Notes under the pieces: generated by a model
Seen by the model: the letters and a program-made list of their open reading frames with translations, nothing else
The model's database searches: none
Told to the model about the DNA's origin: nothing
Shown here: positions 8,453-17,907 of the stretch, piece by piece
Layout of the letters: each line of letters begins with the position of its first letter
Numbering within the stretch: position 1 is the stretch's first letter
Made by a program: the position numbers and the translations under genes
Assembly (NCBI GenBank): GCA_045106895.1
Contig: JBGCFM010000041.1
Coordinates: 10,585 to 74,584, forward strand
Source: Polyangiales bacterium
Lineage (GTDB): Bacteria > Myxococcota_A > Polyangia > Polyangiales > Houyiibacteriaceae
DNA length: 64,000 nt
Direction of reading: 5' to 3'

Positions 8453-9949
8453 ATGCTCGACACCCTCCAGCGGCCCGGCGACTACGTTCAGGGTCAGTTT
8501 CTCAAGACATCTTCCCCCGACGACTCGCTGCGAATCCTAAGCCCGGGAGACCAGGCGGACGTTGTGAGCGAGCACGACGTGTCTCTCTCGCATGTCGATC
8601 GCGCGGTGACGGCGGCTCGTGACGCGGGCCCCGCCTGGCGAAAGCTCGGCATCGAAGAGCGGCGTGCTCTGCTCCGCAAATACCAAGAACGCTGCCGTGT
8701 CCACGAAGATGCCATCGCCGAGACCATCGCCCGGGAGTCTGGCAAGCCACTTTGGGATAGCCGCGGTGAAGCCAAGGCCTTGGCGGGCAAGGTCGACCTA
8801 ATGCTCGGCGAAGGTGCCACGTACACCGCCGACAAAGAGCTCGAGGACCTCCCCGGCGCGATTCGCCACCGAGCCCTCGGCGTCGTCGCAGTCATTGGCC
8901 CCTTCAATTTCCCTGCCCACCTCGCCAACGGTCAGATGGTCCCTGCCCTCCTTCACGGGAACACCATCGTCTTCAAGCCAAGCGAGAAGACACCAAGTGC
9001 TGCGTTCTACATGGCGCGCTGTTTCGACGAGGCGGGCTTCCCGCCCGGCGTTGTGAACATCGTCCAAGGCGCAGCAGCGAGCGCCAAAGCGCTCGTCGAC
9101 CACGAGGAGGTCGACGCGATCCTATTCACGGGCTCCGTCGCCGTCGGAAAGCTCATTCTCGCCGCCAACGCTCACCGGCCTGGCCGAATGATCGCCCTCG
9201 AGCTCGGTGGTAAGAACGCATCGATCGTACTCGACGATGCGGACCTCGACCGCGCCGTGAACCAAATCTCGTTTGCCGCCTTCGCAAGCGCCGGCCAACG
9301 ATGCACAGCAACAAGCCGCGTTTACGCCACCGCTGGTGTCATCGACGAGCTCGGCAAGCGCCTCGCCGCGCAGGCTGCGAAAGTCCGAGTGGGGCACCCG
9401 TTGGACGACGTATTCATGGGTCCGCTCATCGACGAACGTTCACGGACCGCCCTCGGCGACGCCGTGGCTCGCGCACGTGAGGCTGGCTACGTAGCTCTTG
9501 AGAGCGGCGGCGCCTTCGAGCTCGACGGGCGCAGCGGTTGGTACGTGAGACCAAGCGTGCATCGCGCGCCGTCGGGCGACGCTCGCGTCGACGGTTACTC
9601 CCACGACGAGCTCTTCGGTCCAGACGTGGCCATCTACCCCATCACGGATCTCGACGAAGGAATCGAACGAGCGAACGGCACCCGCTACGGGCTTGCGGCG
9701 GCGCTTTTCACCGCAGAGCGTGCTGCATTTGATGATGCTGCATCGCGCCTGCGAGCCGGCGTTTGCCACTGGAATCAGTCCACCGCCGGCGCATCTGGGC
9801 GGCTTCCCTTCGGCGGTATCGGCGACAGCGGAAATCACCGTTCCGCGGGCATCCTGGCGGGTCGTTTCTGCGCTTGGCCACAGGCGGTGCGTTTTGAGCC
9901 CGCCAAGGACTCCCCGCTTCCGACGTGGCCCGGCTTCGGTGGCGAATGA
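8453..9949 (+). CDS. NAD-dependent aldehyde dehydrogenase, AstD-like (succinylglutamate-semialdehyde dehydrogenase family)
   Basis: ELGGKNA and FASAGQRCTA carry the ALDH Glu and Cys motifs. The C-terminus HWNQSTAGASGRLPFGGIGDSGNHRSAG resembles AstD. Confidence 0.85.
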   Translation: MLDTLQRPGDYVQGQFLKTSSPDDSLRILSPGDQADVVSEHDVSLSHVDRAVTAARDAGPAWRKLGIEERRALLRKYQERCRVHEDAIAETIARESGKPLWDSRGEAKALAGKVDLMLGEGATYTADKELEDLPGAIRHRALGVVAVIGPFNFPAHLANGQMVPALLHGNTIVFKPSEKTPSAAFYMARCFDEAGFPPGVVNIVQGAAASAKALVDHEEVDAILFTGSVAVGKLILAANAHRPGRMIALELGGKNASIVLDDADLDRAVNQISFAAFASAGQRCTATSRVYATAGVIDELGKRLAAQAAKVRVGHPLDDVFMGPLIDERSRTALGDAVARAREAGYVALESGGAFELDGRSGWYVRPSVHRAPSGDARVDGYSHDELFGPDVAIYPITDLDEGIERANGTRYGLAAALFTAERAAFDDAASRLRAGVCHWNQSTAGASGRLPFGGIGDSGNHRSAGILAGRFCAWPQAVRFEPAKDSPLPTWPGFGGE

Positions 9950-11099
9950 GCTAACACGCATCGGCGACTATGAGCTCGAGGCCCCCCTCGGCCGCGGCGG
10001 GATGGCAGAGACCTACGTTGCAGTTCGCCGTGGCGAGGGCGGCTTCGAACAACGCGTTTGCCTGAAACGGATCCTCCCAGCCTATGCTGGGGACCTGGAG
10101 TTCCTCCGCTCGTTTCAGGAGGAAGCGCGCGTGAGCGCCAAGCTTCGTCACACCAACATCGCTCAGATCCTCGATTTCGGAACCGGCGAGGACGCCTACT
10201 TGGCCTTGGAGCTCATCGAAGGATGCAACCTTCACGAGCTCCTTCATCACCGACGTCAAGCGAACGAAGTCCTGCCCGCAGGGCTCATCGCTTATATCGC
10301 TCACGAGCTCGGCCAGGCGCTGGCATACGCGCACGAGAGTGAAGTCGTTCATCGTGACGTCTCGCCAAGCAACGTGCTCCTAAGCCGAAGCGGCGAGATC
10401 AAACTCACCGATTTTGGAATCGCTCGGGCGCGTGACCGCACCCGGATGACGGAAGCGGGCCTGATCAAAGGCAAGATCCCCTACATGGCGCCTGAGTACG
10501 CGCAGGGCGAAGAGGCCAACGCGCAGACAGACCTCTTTTCGTTGGGTGTCACCCTCTACGAGGCGGCGGCGTTGCGGCGCCCGTTCCGTGGAAAGAACAG
10601 CGTAGCCCTTCTCAAGTCCCTTCAAGCGGGCGAGCGTCCCCCGCTTCGTTCCCTCGTCGACCTGCCTGAGGATCTCGCCGGCGCCATCGAAGCCTGCCTC
10701 GCTCCCAAGGCCATCGACCGGCCGGCGAGCGCCCGCGCGTTTCTTGAGAGTCTCGAGAAGATCCCGGCGCCTCCAACCGCGCGGCGCCTCTTGGGACGAG
10801 CACTTCCAAAGAAGGCAGGAAAGCCCACGAAAGTGCTCACACCGGAGGCGATGGCACAAACGCAGTCAGCCCCCGACACCGAGTTTTCGCCAGCCACAGA
10901 GGTCCTCGACGAAGCGCCGGCGCCAAGACACGAAGTTGTGATGGCGGCATCTTCGGACGCTGAGACGCGCACCCGCGCCGCGCTCACGCTCGTGGAGCCT
11001 ACGGCTACGCCAGACGCACCAAAGCGCTCCCCGCTGCTCATCGCAGCTGGAGCGCTCCTTCTGGTTGTCTGTGCTCTGGGTTTCTGGCTCCTCGCGTAG
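9939..11099 (+). CDS. Ser/Thr protein kinase with C-terminal membrane anchor
   Basis: GRGGMAETY, VCLKRI, HRDVSPSNVLL, DFGIAR and YMAPEY. Terminal TM segment LLIAAGALLLVVCALGFWLLA. The GTG at 9939 is proposed as the start because the listed 9693 start lies inside the aldehyde dehydrogenase gene. Confidence 0.85.
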   Translation: MANELTRIGDYELEAPLGRGGMAETYVAVRRGEGGFEQRVCLKRILPAYAGDLEFLRSFQEEARVSAKLRHTNIAQILDFGTGEDAYLALELIEGCNLHELLHHRRQANEVLPAGLIAYIAHELGQALAYAHESEVVHRDVSPSNVLLSRSGEIKLTDFGIARARDRTRMTEAGLIKGKIPYMAPEYAQGEEANAQTDLFSLGVTLYEAAALRRPFRGKNSVALLKSLQAGERPPLRSLVDLPEDLAGAIEACLAPKAIDRPASARAFLESLEKIPAPPTARRLLGRALPKKAGKPTKVLTPEAMAQTQSAPDTEFSPATEVLDEAPAPRHEVVMAASSDAETRTRAALTLVEPTATPDAPKRSPLLIAAGALLLVVCALGFWLLA

Positions 11100-11134
11100 C
11101 TCTACGCGAGGGAATCAGAACGAATCGAGGGGGC

Positions 11135-13162
11135 TCACTCGGCGGCTTCGACGGTGTTGTTCTTCTGTTCTTCGAGGAGTCCGAGCCCAATCGCCATCGC
11201 CTTGCGGACGCGCTCGAGGAGCGCTTCGTCGGCGGCAATCTTGGATGATGCCGCGCTCAGCTTCTCGTCCAGGTCCGCCTTCGCCGCGCGAAGTGCAGCG
11301 AGGTCGCCCTCAAGCTCACCGATACGGCCTGTCGCTGTCTCGACCTCGGCGACCTTGGCCTCAAGTGCCGTGTCTACCTCGGACTTCGCCGTCTCTAGCT
11401 CGGCCAAGCTGGTCGCAGCCTCTTCGGCCTTGCTCTCGGTGTCCGCGAGTTTGCGGCCCAGAACCGCCAGCTCTTTGCTGTGGCTCGCCTCAGACTCTTC
11501 AAGGGCGGCGTCTCTCTCCGCCTCGAGTTCTAGCTCTCGCGCAGCAATGGCATCGGCCTGAACGGTCAATGCCGTGGCTGCAGCCGCTGCGAGCGCAGCC
11601 TCCAGTGCTGCGGCGTTCTCTGCCTTGAGCGTCGCGACCTGACTCGTCGCATTCTCTTCGGCGGCGGTGACCTTCGCAACAGCCGCTTCTTCGGCGGCGG
11701 TGACCTTCGCAGCCGCGGCCTCTTCGGCCTCGGTCGCTTTCTGGGCAGCTTCCGTCCGCGCGGTCTCGGCTGCAGCTTCAGCCGCGGCCGTCGCCTCCGC
11801 AGAAGCCTTCTCGGCGGCTTCCTTGGTCTCCAGCGCCTCTTGCTTCGCCGCCGCTACCTGAGCGGACGCTGTCGCCTTTGCTGTCTCAAGTTCCTCTTCG
11901 AGGCCCTTGGCTTTCTCTTCGCTCTTCTCGAAGCGACCCTTAAGGTCATCCGCCCGCTTGTTGGCCGACTCCTTGTCCGCTGTGATCGCAGCCAAGTTGT
12001 CTTCGAGGTCTGCGCAACGGCGCTCCGAAGCGAGGGCGCGGTCATCGATGTCCGCCTTCGCGCGTTCCACGGCGATGTTCTTGTCGCGAAGCTCAACGAG
12101 CTCCTTGTCGCGGGAACTCACGCGGTCTCGAAGGTCGAGGATCTCCTTGTCCTTCGTGTTGAGTTGCTCACGAAGGTCCAAGAACTCTCGGCTTGAGACT
12201 CCGGAAGAAGAGCCCTTTGTGCGGAGCCCTGCAACCTCTGACTCCAGCTTCGACACCTTCTGAGTCGCACTCTCCGCGCGGGCGACGAGCGAGGTCTTCT
12301 CGCTCTCGAGCTCGCTGAGCGCCGACTCCAGAGCGGCAACCTTCGCGTTCGCCTCATCAAGAGCGGCGGTGTCGACCGCAGGCGTCTCAAGGGCGGCCAA
12401 GGGCTGTGGAGCAACGCTCGCGGGCGCGGGCGGAAGGGATTCCGGCGGCACGGATGTCGGTGGTGGAATGGACGCCGGCGGGGACACGGACGGCGCCTTC
12501 GGCGGCGGAGGTGGTTCCGAAACCGCCACTGGCGCAGCCGGAGGGCTAGGAACGGGAGGCGCTTCCGGCGGAGGAGGCGGAGCCGACGCGCTTGCGATCT
12601 CGGCCTGCATCATCTCCGGAGAAACAACAGCTGTTGCCTCTTCCATCTCATCGATTTCGTCGACATCAAGTTCGATGTCATCGTCCATAAGCAACGAATC
12701 GAAGGCATCTTCCGCGAACGCATCGATCTCGTCATCGATGCTCGTCGTTTTTGCCACCTGCGTCGCGTCGTTGTTCGCCGCATCTCCAATGGGAACGAAA
12801 ACACGAACAGCCGTGAGTAGGTCGTCAAAGCTGACGGGCTTCCGAACGTAGTCCTCGGCGCGGGTTCGCAGCTTCTTGTGCTGTTCGAAGATCTCCGCCG
12901 CGTTGGCATCACTCGACAGAATGATGAGCGGAATCGACTTGAGCGCGGCGTTCTTCTTGATCTTCTTGCAGACCAAAAAGCCATTCATGCTCGGAAGCTC
13001 GATGGAGAGCAAAATCAGGTCTGGTGGCTCGGCCGCTGCGCGCTCAAGGCCCAGGGCTCCCTCAGAAACCACCTCGAGCGCAACATCGCGACCATCAAAA
13101 CCAGTGCGCAAGGTCTGCGCGAAGGCTGTGTCACTTTCGAAAACGAGGATGCGGTGCGCCAT
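11135..13162 (-). CDS. FrzS-like protein: pseudo-receiver domain + Pro-rich linker + long coiled coil
   Basis: Receiver fold at the N-terminus with DLILLS-IELP (Ser at the phospho-acceptor position) and YVRKP. A PPPPPEAPPVPSPP linker follows, then about 400 aa of Ala/Glu/Lys heptad-like sequence. AAGGAGA RBS. Confidence 0.8.
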   Translation of the reverse strand: MAHRILVFESDTAFAQTLRTGFDGRDVALEVVSEGALGLERAAAEPPDLILLSIELPSMNGFLVCKKIKKNAALKSIPLIILSSDANAAEIFEQHKKLRTRAEDYVRKPVSFDDLLTAVRVFVPIGDAANNDATQVAKTTSIDDEIDAFAEDAFDSLLMDDDIELDVDEIDEMEEATAVVSPEMMQAEIASASAPPPPPEAPPVPSPPAAPVAVSEPPPPPKAPSVSPPASIPPPTSVPPESLPPAPASVAPQPLAALETPAVDTAALDEANAKVAALESALSELESEKTSLVARAESATQKVSKLESEVAGLRTKGSSSGVSSREFLDLREQLNTKDKEILDLRDRVSSRDKELVELRDKNIAVERAKADIDDRALASERRCADLEDNLAAITADKESANKRADDLKGRFEKSEEKAKGLEEELETAKATASAQVAAAKQEALETKEAAEKASAEATAAAEAAAETARTEAAQKATEAEEAAAAKVTAAEEAAVAKVTAAEENATSQVATLKAENAAALEAALAAAAATALTVQADAIAARELELEAERDAALEESEASHSKELAVLGRKLADTESKAEEAATSLAELETAKSEVDTALEAKVAEVETATGRIGELEGDLAALRAAKADLDEKLSAASSKIAADEALLERVRKAMAIGLGLLEEQKNNTVEAAE

Positions 13163-13376
13163 GAGTCTCCTTGTAGCGACGATCTAGACCGTTCGCGTCG
13201 CGAGGATACGTTTGCCGGAGCGAGCCTGTCAACGATGAGACGCGCCGAAAAAGCTCACAAAATCACACGCCTAGCGCGCATCCAACCTTAGACGCGACGC
13301 ACGCTCACGAAAGGAACGTGGTGCCTCGCGAAGCGCTTCTCGAAGTGCTTATTGAAGCACTCACCGAAGAGCCGTT

Positions 13377-14198
13377 CTAGCGAACGCGGGCGCTCGCTGC
13401 GAGTCTTAGGAGCGTCTCTCGGTCGACATCTCCGGTGAACGCGTAGTTCAACCCAGCTTCGCGCCGCACCGGCACCTGTCGCCCCAAGGCTTCTCCATAG
13501 CGAATCTGCTGTGAGCCGACCTGGATGGCTTCGCCGTCGTCCTCCGCGACCTCGGCGTCGGTCACAACCACGGTGACTCGCTGGCCGCCAAGCTCGTAGT
13601 AGAGAGCCGCGGCGCGGCGTTCCCGCACATTGGACAGACGAGCGCCCACGAGACGCATATCGCGGCTCTCAAACTCAGCCGCTCGGACCGGAAACTCAAC
13701 TCGCCCTCGAAAGAACTCGTTGACCTGCTCGGCGCCCGTTTCCGGGTCGGTGGCATCGAAAGCGACGTCCGAAGGCAAAGATGCTGCATGCACCCGCACG
13801 ACGTCCTGCAGGGCAGCATCGTCCGCGCTCGCCTGGTGAGACCGCCACGCCGTGCCGCCGAAGATGACCAGCGCCGTCGCCGCCGCAGCCGGCACTAAAC
13901 GCCACGCGGTGGACCAGGCCGTCGGTGCGGCCAGCGGAACGACCTCAGCGAGGTCTTCGTCCGTTTCTGCCTCTTCGGCATCCAGCGCCGCGAGCACATT
14001 CGCGCGCAAGCTCGCCGGAGCTGTCGTGTCCTTTGTCATCGAGTCACGGAGCCAGTCACGCGAAGCGAGCTCGAACGCCAGAAGCTCTTGGCACACGTCG
14101 CAGGTGTCGAAGTGCTCATCGAACTCAATGCGAGTTCCAACCTCAAGCTCACCGTCGACGTAGGGGCCGACGTGCTTTTCGATCATCGCGCAGTTCAC
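13377..14198 (-). CDS. Membrane-spanning anti-sigma factor (zf-HC2 type)
   Basis: HFDTCDVCQ matches the Hx3Cx2C motif. One TM segment (VPAAAATALVIFGGTAW). The start overlaps the stop of the upstream ECF sigma gene. Confidence 0.7.
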   Translation of the reverse strand: MNCAMIEKHVGPYVDGELEVGTRIEFDEHFDTCDVCQELLAFELASRDWLRDSMTKDTTAPASLRANVLAALDAEEAETDEDLAEVVPLAAPTAWSTAWRLVPAAAATALVIFGGTAWRSHQASADDAALQDVVRVHAASLPSDVAFDATDPETGAEQVNEFFRGRVEFPVRAAEFESRDMRLVGARLSNVRERRAAALYYELGGQRVTVVVTDAEVAEDDGEAIQVGSQQIRYGEALGRQVPVRREAGLNYAFTGDVDRETLLRLAASARVR

Positions 14199-14842
14199 GC
14201 TTCTGCCGCCTTTCGCGAGCGGAAAGCCGCCATCGAGATGGCGGAGCCTTCACTTGAAGACTCCGCGCGAATCCCAAGCGCCACCGCTTGATCCACCAGG
14301 CGCGCCTGAAGCGCCTTTCGGGCTCGATGAAGGCGCGACATCACCGTGCCGATAGGACAGCCCGCGATGTCCGCGATCTCGCGGTAGGACAGCTCTTCGA
14401 CGTCTGCGAGTAAAACGATCATTCGGTGTTCGTCCGGCAGGTCGTCCAGCGCACGCTGAATCTCTTCGGCCAAGAGCCGTCGCTGGGCGCTCTCGACGGG
14501 ACGCGTCAGGCCTCGCATTGCGGCTCTGCTCATCACCCCATCGCCCACAGGCTGTGCGATGGCGCCCTCGAAAACGTTCCTCTCGCGGACGCTCCGCCGG
14601 TAACGGTTGATGAACGTGTTCCGAAGAATCTTGAGGAGCCACGCCTTCATGTTGGTTCCAGCCTCGAAACGCTCATAGAAGCGAAACGCCTTCACCAAAG
14701 AGTCTTGGACCAGGTCCTCGGCGTCCGAAGGACTCCGCGTGAGGCGCAGCGCCGCGCCGTAAAGCGTATCGAGGTGGACCATGGCTTCGCGTTCGAAGTC
14801 TGCCCTAAGGTGCGAAATCTTTGATTTTTTCGGCTGTTGCAT
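14195..14842 (-). CDS. ECF-type RNA polymerase sigma factor
   Basis: Region 2 (DLVQDSLVKAF, WLLKILRNTFINRYRR) and region 4 HTH (SYREIADIAGCPIGTVMSRLHRARKAL). Confidence 0.87.
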   Translation of the reverse strand: MQQPKKSKISHLRADFEREAMVHLDTLYGAALRLTRSPSDAEDLVQDSLVKAFRFYERFEAGTNMKAWLLKILRNTFINRYRRSVRERNVFEGAIAQPVGDGVMSRAAMRGLTRPVESAQRRLLAEEIQRALDDLPDEHRMIVLLADVEELSYREIADIAGCPIGTVMSRLHRARKALQARLVDQAVALGIRAESSSEGSAISMAAFRSRKAAEA

Positions 14843-14876
14843 GGCGGCTCTCTAGCAAAACGCCCTTGAAAGAGCG

Positions 14877-15404
14877 TTATTCCATCACCTTCGCGCTTTT
14901 TCCTCGTTCGGCGGCGGCGGGGTCCAAAAGCGACTGAAGCCGGGCCTCAAGCTCGACGATGCGAGTTCCGAGGCGCGATACCTCGGCGCGCATCGTTTCA
15001 GCCTCGCTGAGGGCGTCCACAATGATCGCTCGGACGCGCTCGTCCGCCTGCGCTCGGAGAGCCAGCGCCTCGTCGATGGGCGCCTCCTCTTTCCGAAACG
15101 GGAACTTCGGCAGACTCGTGATGAGCCGCTCACGTCCCTCTTGGATAAACGTCAAGAGGCTCCCGCGTCGTGCATCGGAGTCCCCGGCCTTCTCCTCTTC
15201 GTAGATGATCTGCGCCAGAGTGACGTTCGTAAGGTCTTCTTTGGTCCGATTATCGACGATCTGAACGTCTTGACGCCCGCGGACAAACTCCGCCACTTCA
15301 TGAAGCGTGACGTATCGACTCTCATGCGTGTCGTAGAGCTTCCGGTTCGCGTAGCGCTTGATAATTCGCGGCTCACCGCGTGCTGGCTCTTGGCTCTCTT
15401 TCAT
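14877..15404 (-). CDS. phaR: PhaR-like polyhydroxyalkanoate synthesis regulator
   Basis: IIKRYANRKLYDTHESRYVTLHEV resembles the PHB_acc_N DNA-binding motif. The start is set to the ATG at 15404 because the upstream part of the listed ORF is Arg-rich and not protein-like. Confidence 0.75.
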   Translation of the reverse strand: MKESQEPARGEPRIIKRYANRKLYDTHESRYVTLHEVAEFVRGRQDVQIVDNRTKEDLTNVTLAQIIYEEEKAGDSDARRGSLLTFIQEGRERLITSLPKFPFRKEEAPIDEALALRAQADERVRAIIVDALSEAETMRAEVSRLGTRIVELEARLQSLLDPAAAERGKSAKVME

Positions 15405-15490
15405 CCCCTGCCCTTCGCGATTCCTCCTCCAGGTGTAGGTGGGTGTGACCCCTAGGTCAAGCTCGGCTCCGGGCTCGTTTCGGGCTAGGG

Positions 15491-16252
15491 TTGGACGCAA
15501 TGCGGGCGGATCATCAGAGCGACCAAGGGAGCGCCGAGCGTATCTTTCGGCGCCTCTCCGCGCTCCACGAGCCGCCACTAAAACTGGGATACCTGCGTGA
15601 CGCGATCCGTCGCCTGAGCGCCAGGGAAGTGGTGGAGCTTCTCGGTCTCGCATTAGGCGAGCGAGGTCGCGCGCGTTCCAGCGATGAAGTTGCGCTCTTG
15701 GCCCTGCTGCTTCTCGCGGGTCCTGAGGGGAGCGATATTCGGCGCGAAGCCCTAGCCCGCCAAGCGTCAAGCGTGGGCCTTGTGGAAGTTGCCTACTTCG
15801 TCGCCCCGCGGCGCGACGAGGTCCCAGAAGCCAAGCGTGCGCAGCTGCCTTATGAAGGCCGCCCTCTCACCCTTGGGGAACGAAAAAGCCTGGCTCGCGG
15901 GCGCGATCGAGAACTCCTCACGCGCGTCATTCGTGACCCGCACGCGGACGTCATTGGAATCATTCTTCGGAACCCGGCGCTCACGGAGCTAGACGTGATT
16001 CGGCTCGCAGCGCGACCGACGTCCACCCCCGTGCTTCGTACAATTCTCGGCGCGCTACCCTGGTGTCTACACTACCAAGTAAGGCTCGCGTTGATTCAGA
16101 ACACCATGATGCCGCTCGGGCTCGCAGTTCCCTTGGTCGCGTCTCTACGCCACCCGGATGCCGTCTCACTTCGACGAGCTGGGTCCTTGAGAGCCGAGAT
16201 CCGCCGTGCTGCTGAAATGGTGGTGTTGAGAGCGGATCGTCGCTCTCACTAG
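15491..16252 (+). CDS. Hypothetical helical-repeat protein
   Basis: ORF with normal codon bias. It is divergent from phaR. No motif recognised. Confidence 0.5.
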   Translation: MDAMRADHQSDQGSAERIFRRLSALHEPPLKLGYLRDAIRRLSAREVVELLGLALGERGRARSSDEVALLALLLLAGPEGSDIRREALARQASSVGLVEVAYFVAPRRDEVPEAKRAQLPYEGRPLTLGERKSLARGRDRELLTRVIRDPHADVIGIILRNPALTELDVIRLAARPTSTPVLRTILGALPWCLHYQVRLALIQNTMMPLGLAVPLVASLRHPDAVSLRRAGSLRAEIRRAAEMVVLRADRRSH

Positions 16253-16265
16253 TTCATGCTGAAAC

Positions 16266-16333
16266 GCCGCAGGGTCAAGGCCGCAGGCGTCAACGCCGCA
16301 GGCGTCAACGCCGCAGGCGTCAACGCCGCAGGC
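16266..16333. repeat. 15-bp tandem repeat GCCGCAGGCGTCAAC, about 4.5 copies
   Basis: One degenerate copy at 16266-16279, three perfect copies at 16280-16324, and a partial copy at 16325-16333. It lies in the gap between two convergent genes. Confidence 0.9.
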
Positions 16334-16344
16334 TCGCGCCGGCG

Positions 16345-16602
16345 CTACTTCGTTTCGACGACTTCGGCGTCGGCGACCTCTTCCGAGGCGCTCGAAGCGG
16401 AGGAGCGGGAAGCAACCTGCTTGTCGGAAGGCGTAACCTCGATGTCTTCGTCGGTGTTGAGACCACGCTTGAGGCCCCGAATGGCTTTACCCAAACCCTC
16501 CCCGATCTGTGGAAGACGACTCGCTCCGAAAACAAGGAGCAAGCACAATAGAATGAGTACGAGCTCACCCGGCCCAAGGCCACCAATTGCATACGTAGGC
16601 AT
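16345..16602 (-). CDS. tatA: Twin-arginine translocase subunit TatA/E
   Basis: GGLGPGELVLILLCLLLVFGASRLPQIGEGLGKAIRGLKRG is a TM helix plus amphipathic helix, followed by an acidic tail. Confidence 0.87.
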   Translation of the reverse strand: MPTYAIGGLGPGELVLILLCLLLVFGASRLPQIGEGLGKAIRGLKRGLNTDEDIEVTPSDKQVASRSSASSASEEVADAEVVETK

Positions 16603-16719
16603 GAATACACGCGCAAAGTACGCCTCGGATCCTCTCGTGTCCAGGCAAAGCTCTCGTGTTGTGCGTCACAAGAGCCGGCGTCCCTCGACGGGGCCGACAA
16701 ACCGGATACACTCGCGGCG

Positions 16720-17904
16720 ATGGGCACCGTACGTCTTCAATCCGGGCGTGTGAAGCCGGTCTGGGCTGGCCACCCGTGGATCTACACACAAGCGATCGCT
16801 GAAATCGAGGGGGCCCCCGGTCCTGGTGATGTCGTGAGCGTGGTGGACCCCGGCGGGCGCTTCCTGGGCCGTGGCTTTTACTCGCCGAAGAGCGCTATCC
16901 CCGTGCGTATCATCACGCGAGACCCGGACGAAACGCTGGATGAGCTGGCCATCGCCAAGCGCGTTGAAAACGCCGTGGCTTTCCGCTCGCAGCTTGGCCT
17001 GCCGTCCGCGACCACGAGCGGCTACCGCCTCGTTCACGCCGAGGGTGACTCACTTCCCGGTCTCATCATCGATGTCTTCGGCGACGCCGTTGTCGTCCAG
17101 CTCCTCACGGCGGGCATGAAACGTCGTGACACGTCGATTCTTGCCCACATCGCGCGCATCACAGGGGCCAAGACTGTGATCGAAGCCGCAGCCTCGATGA
17201 AGCACAGCGAAGGCTTCGAGACTGAGTGGCGCATCGTTCGCGGCGCGGACATCGACGCCTTGCGCTTCTCCGAGCGCGAGTTCGAGTTCGATATTCCAAC
17301 ATCGCTCACTCAAAAGACCGGGTACTACTTCGACCAACGGGAAAACCGAGCACGCGTCGAGAGCCTCGCAAAGGGCCGACGCGTCCTCGACGCGTACGCA
17401 TACCTGGGCGGGATGGGGCTAGCCGCCGCGCGTGGAGGAGCGGCCTCCGTCGTGAGTGTCGATAGCAGCGCCAGTGCCATCGCCGCGGGCTCCGCCATCG
17501 CTCGGCATCACGGCCTCGACATCTCCTACCGCCGCGAAGACGTGAAACGCTTCTTGCCGGACCTCTTCAACAAAGGTGAGCGTTTTGACCTCGTCGTCAT
17601 CGATCCGCCGAAGCTTGTGCCCACGAAGCGACACCGCGACGCCGGACTCAAGGCGTATTCAAGGCTCAACCAAAACGCCATGAAGCTTGTGGAAGACGGC
17701 GGCCTCTTTGTGTCGTGCTCTTGCTCTGGAGCGTTGAGCTCCGATGATCTCCTTGGCGTCGTCGCGGAGAGCGCTCGACGAACAGGACGTCGCGCGGATG
17801 TGTTTCACGTCGGTGGCGCATCGCCAGACCACCCTTCCCCGGCAGCGTTTCGACAGGGACGCTACCTGAAGACTGTTTTCGCGCGTCTGACGAAGGAGGG
17901 CTGA
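16720..17904 (+). CDS. rlmI: RlmI-like class I SAM-dependent rRNA (cytosine-C5) methyltransferase
   Basis: PUA-like N-terminus (GHPWIYTQAI), FDxxQTGYYFDQREN, VIDPP. Size and architecture fit RlmI. Confidence 0.8.
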   Translation: MGTVRLQSGRVKPVWAGHPWIYTQAIAEIEGAPGPGDVVSVVDPGGRFLGRGFYSPKSAIPVRIITRDPDETLDELAIAKRVENAVAFRSQLGLPSATTSGYRLVHAEGDSLPGLIIDVFGDAVVVQLLTAGMKRRDTSILAHIARITGAKTVIEAAASMKHSEGFETEWRIVRGADIDALRFSEREFEFDIPTSLTQKTGYYFDQRENRARVESLAKGRRVLDAYAYLGGMGLAAARGGAASVVSVDSSASAIAAGSAIARHHGLDISYRREDVKRFLPDLFNKGERFDLVVIDPPKLVPTKRHRDAGLKAYSRLNQNAMKLVEDGGLFVSCSCSGALSSDDLLGVVAESARRTGRRADVFHVGGASPDHPSPAAFRQGRYLKTVFARLTKEG

Positions 17905-17907
17905 GTC

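Noticed and set aside
13329-13361. Small palindromes (GAAGCGCTTC; AGTGCTT-attg-AAGCACT) downstream of the anti-sigma gene
   Set aside because: The stems are short and lack a U-tract. They could occur by chance in this composition.
16266-16333. Possible CRISPR array
   Set aside because: The units are contiguous with no spacers and are only 15 bp long. No cas genes are present in the window.
16256-16753. 165-aa + strand ORF translating the 15-bp repeat as AAGVN repeats
   Set aside because: Most of it is antisense to tatA. The repeat lies in the intergenic gap, so the region is treated as a non-coding tandem repeat.
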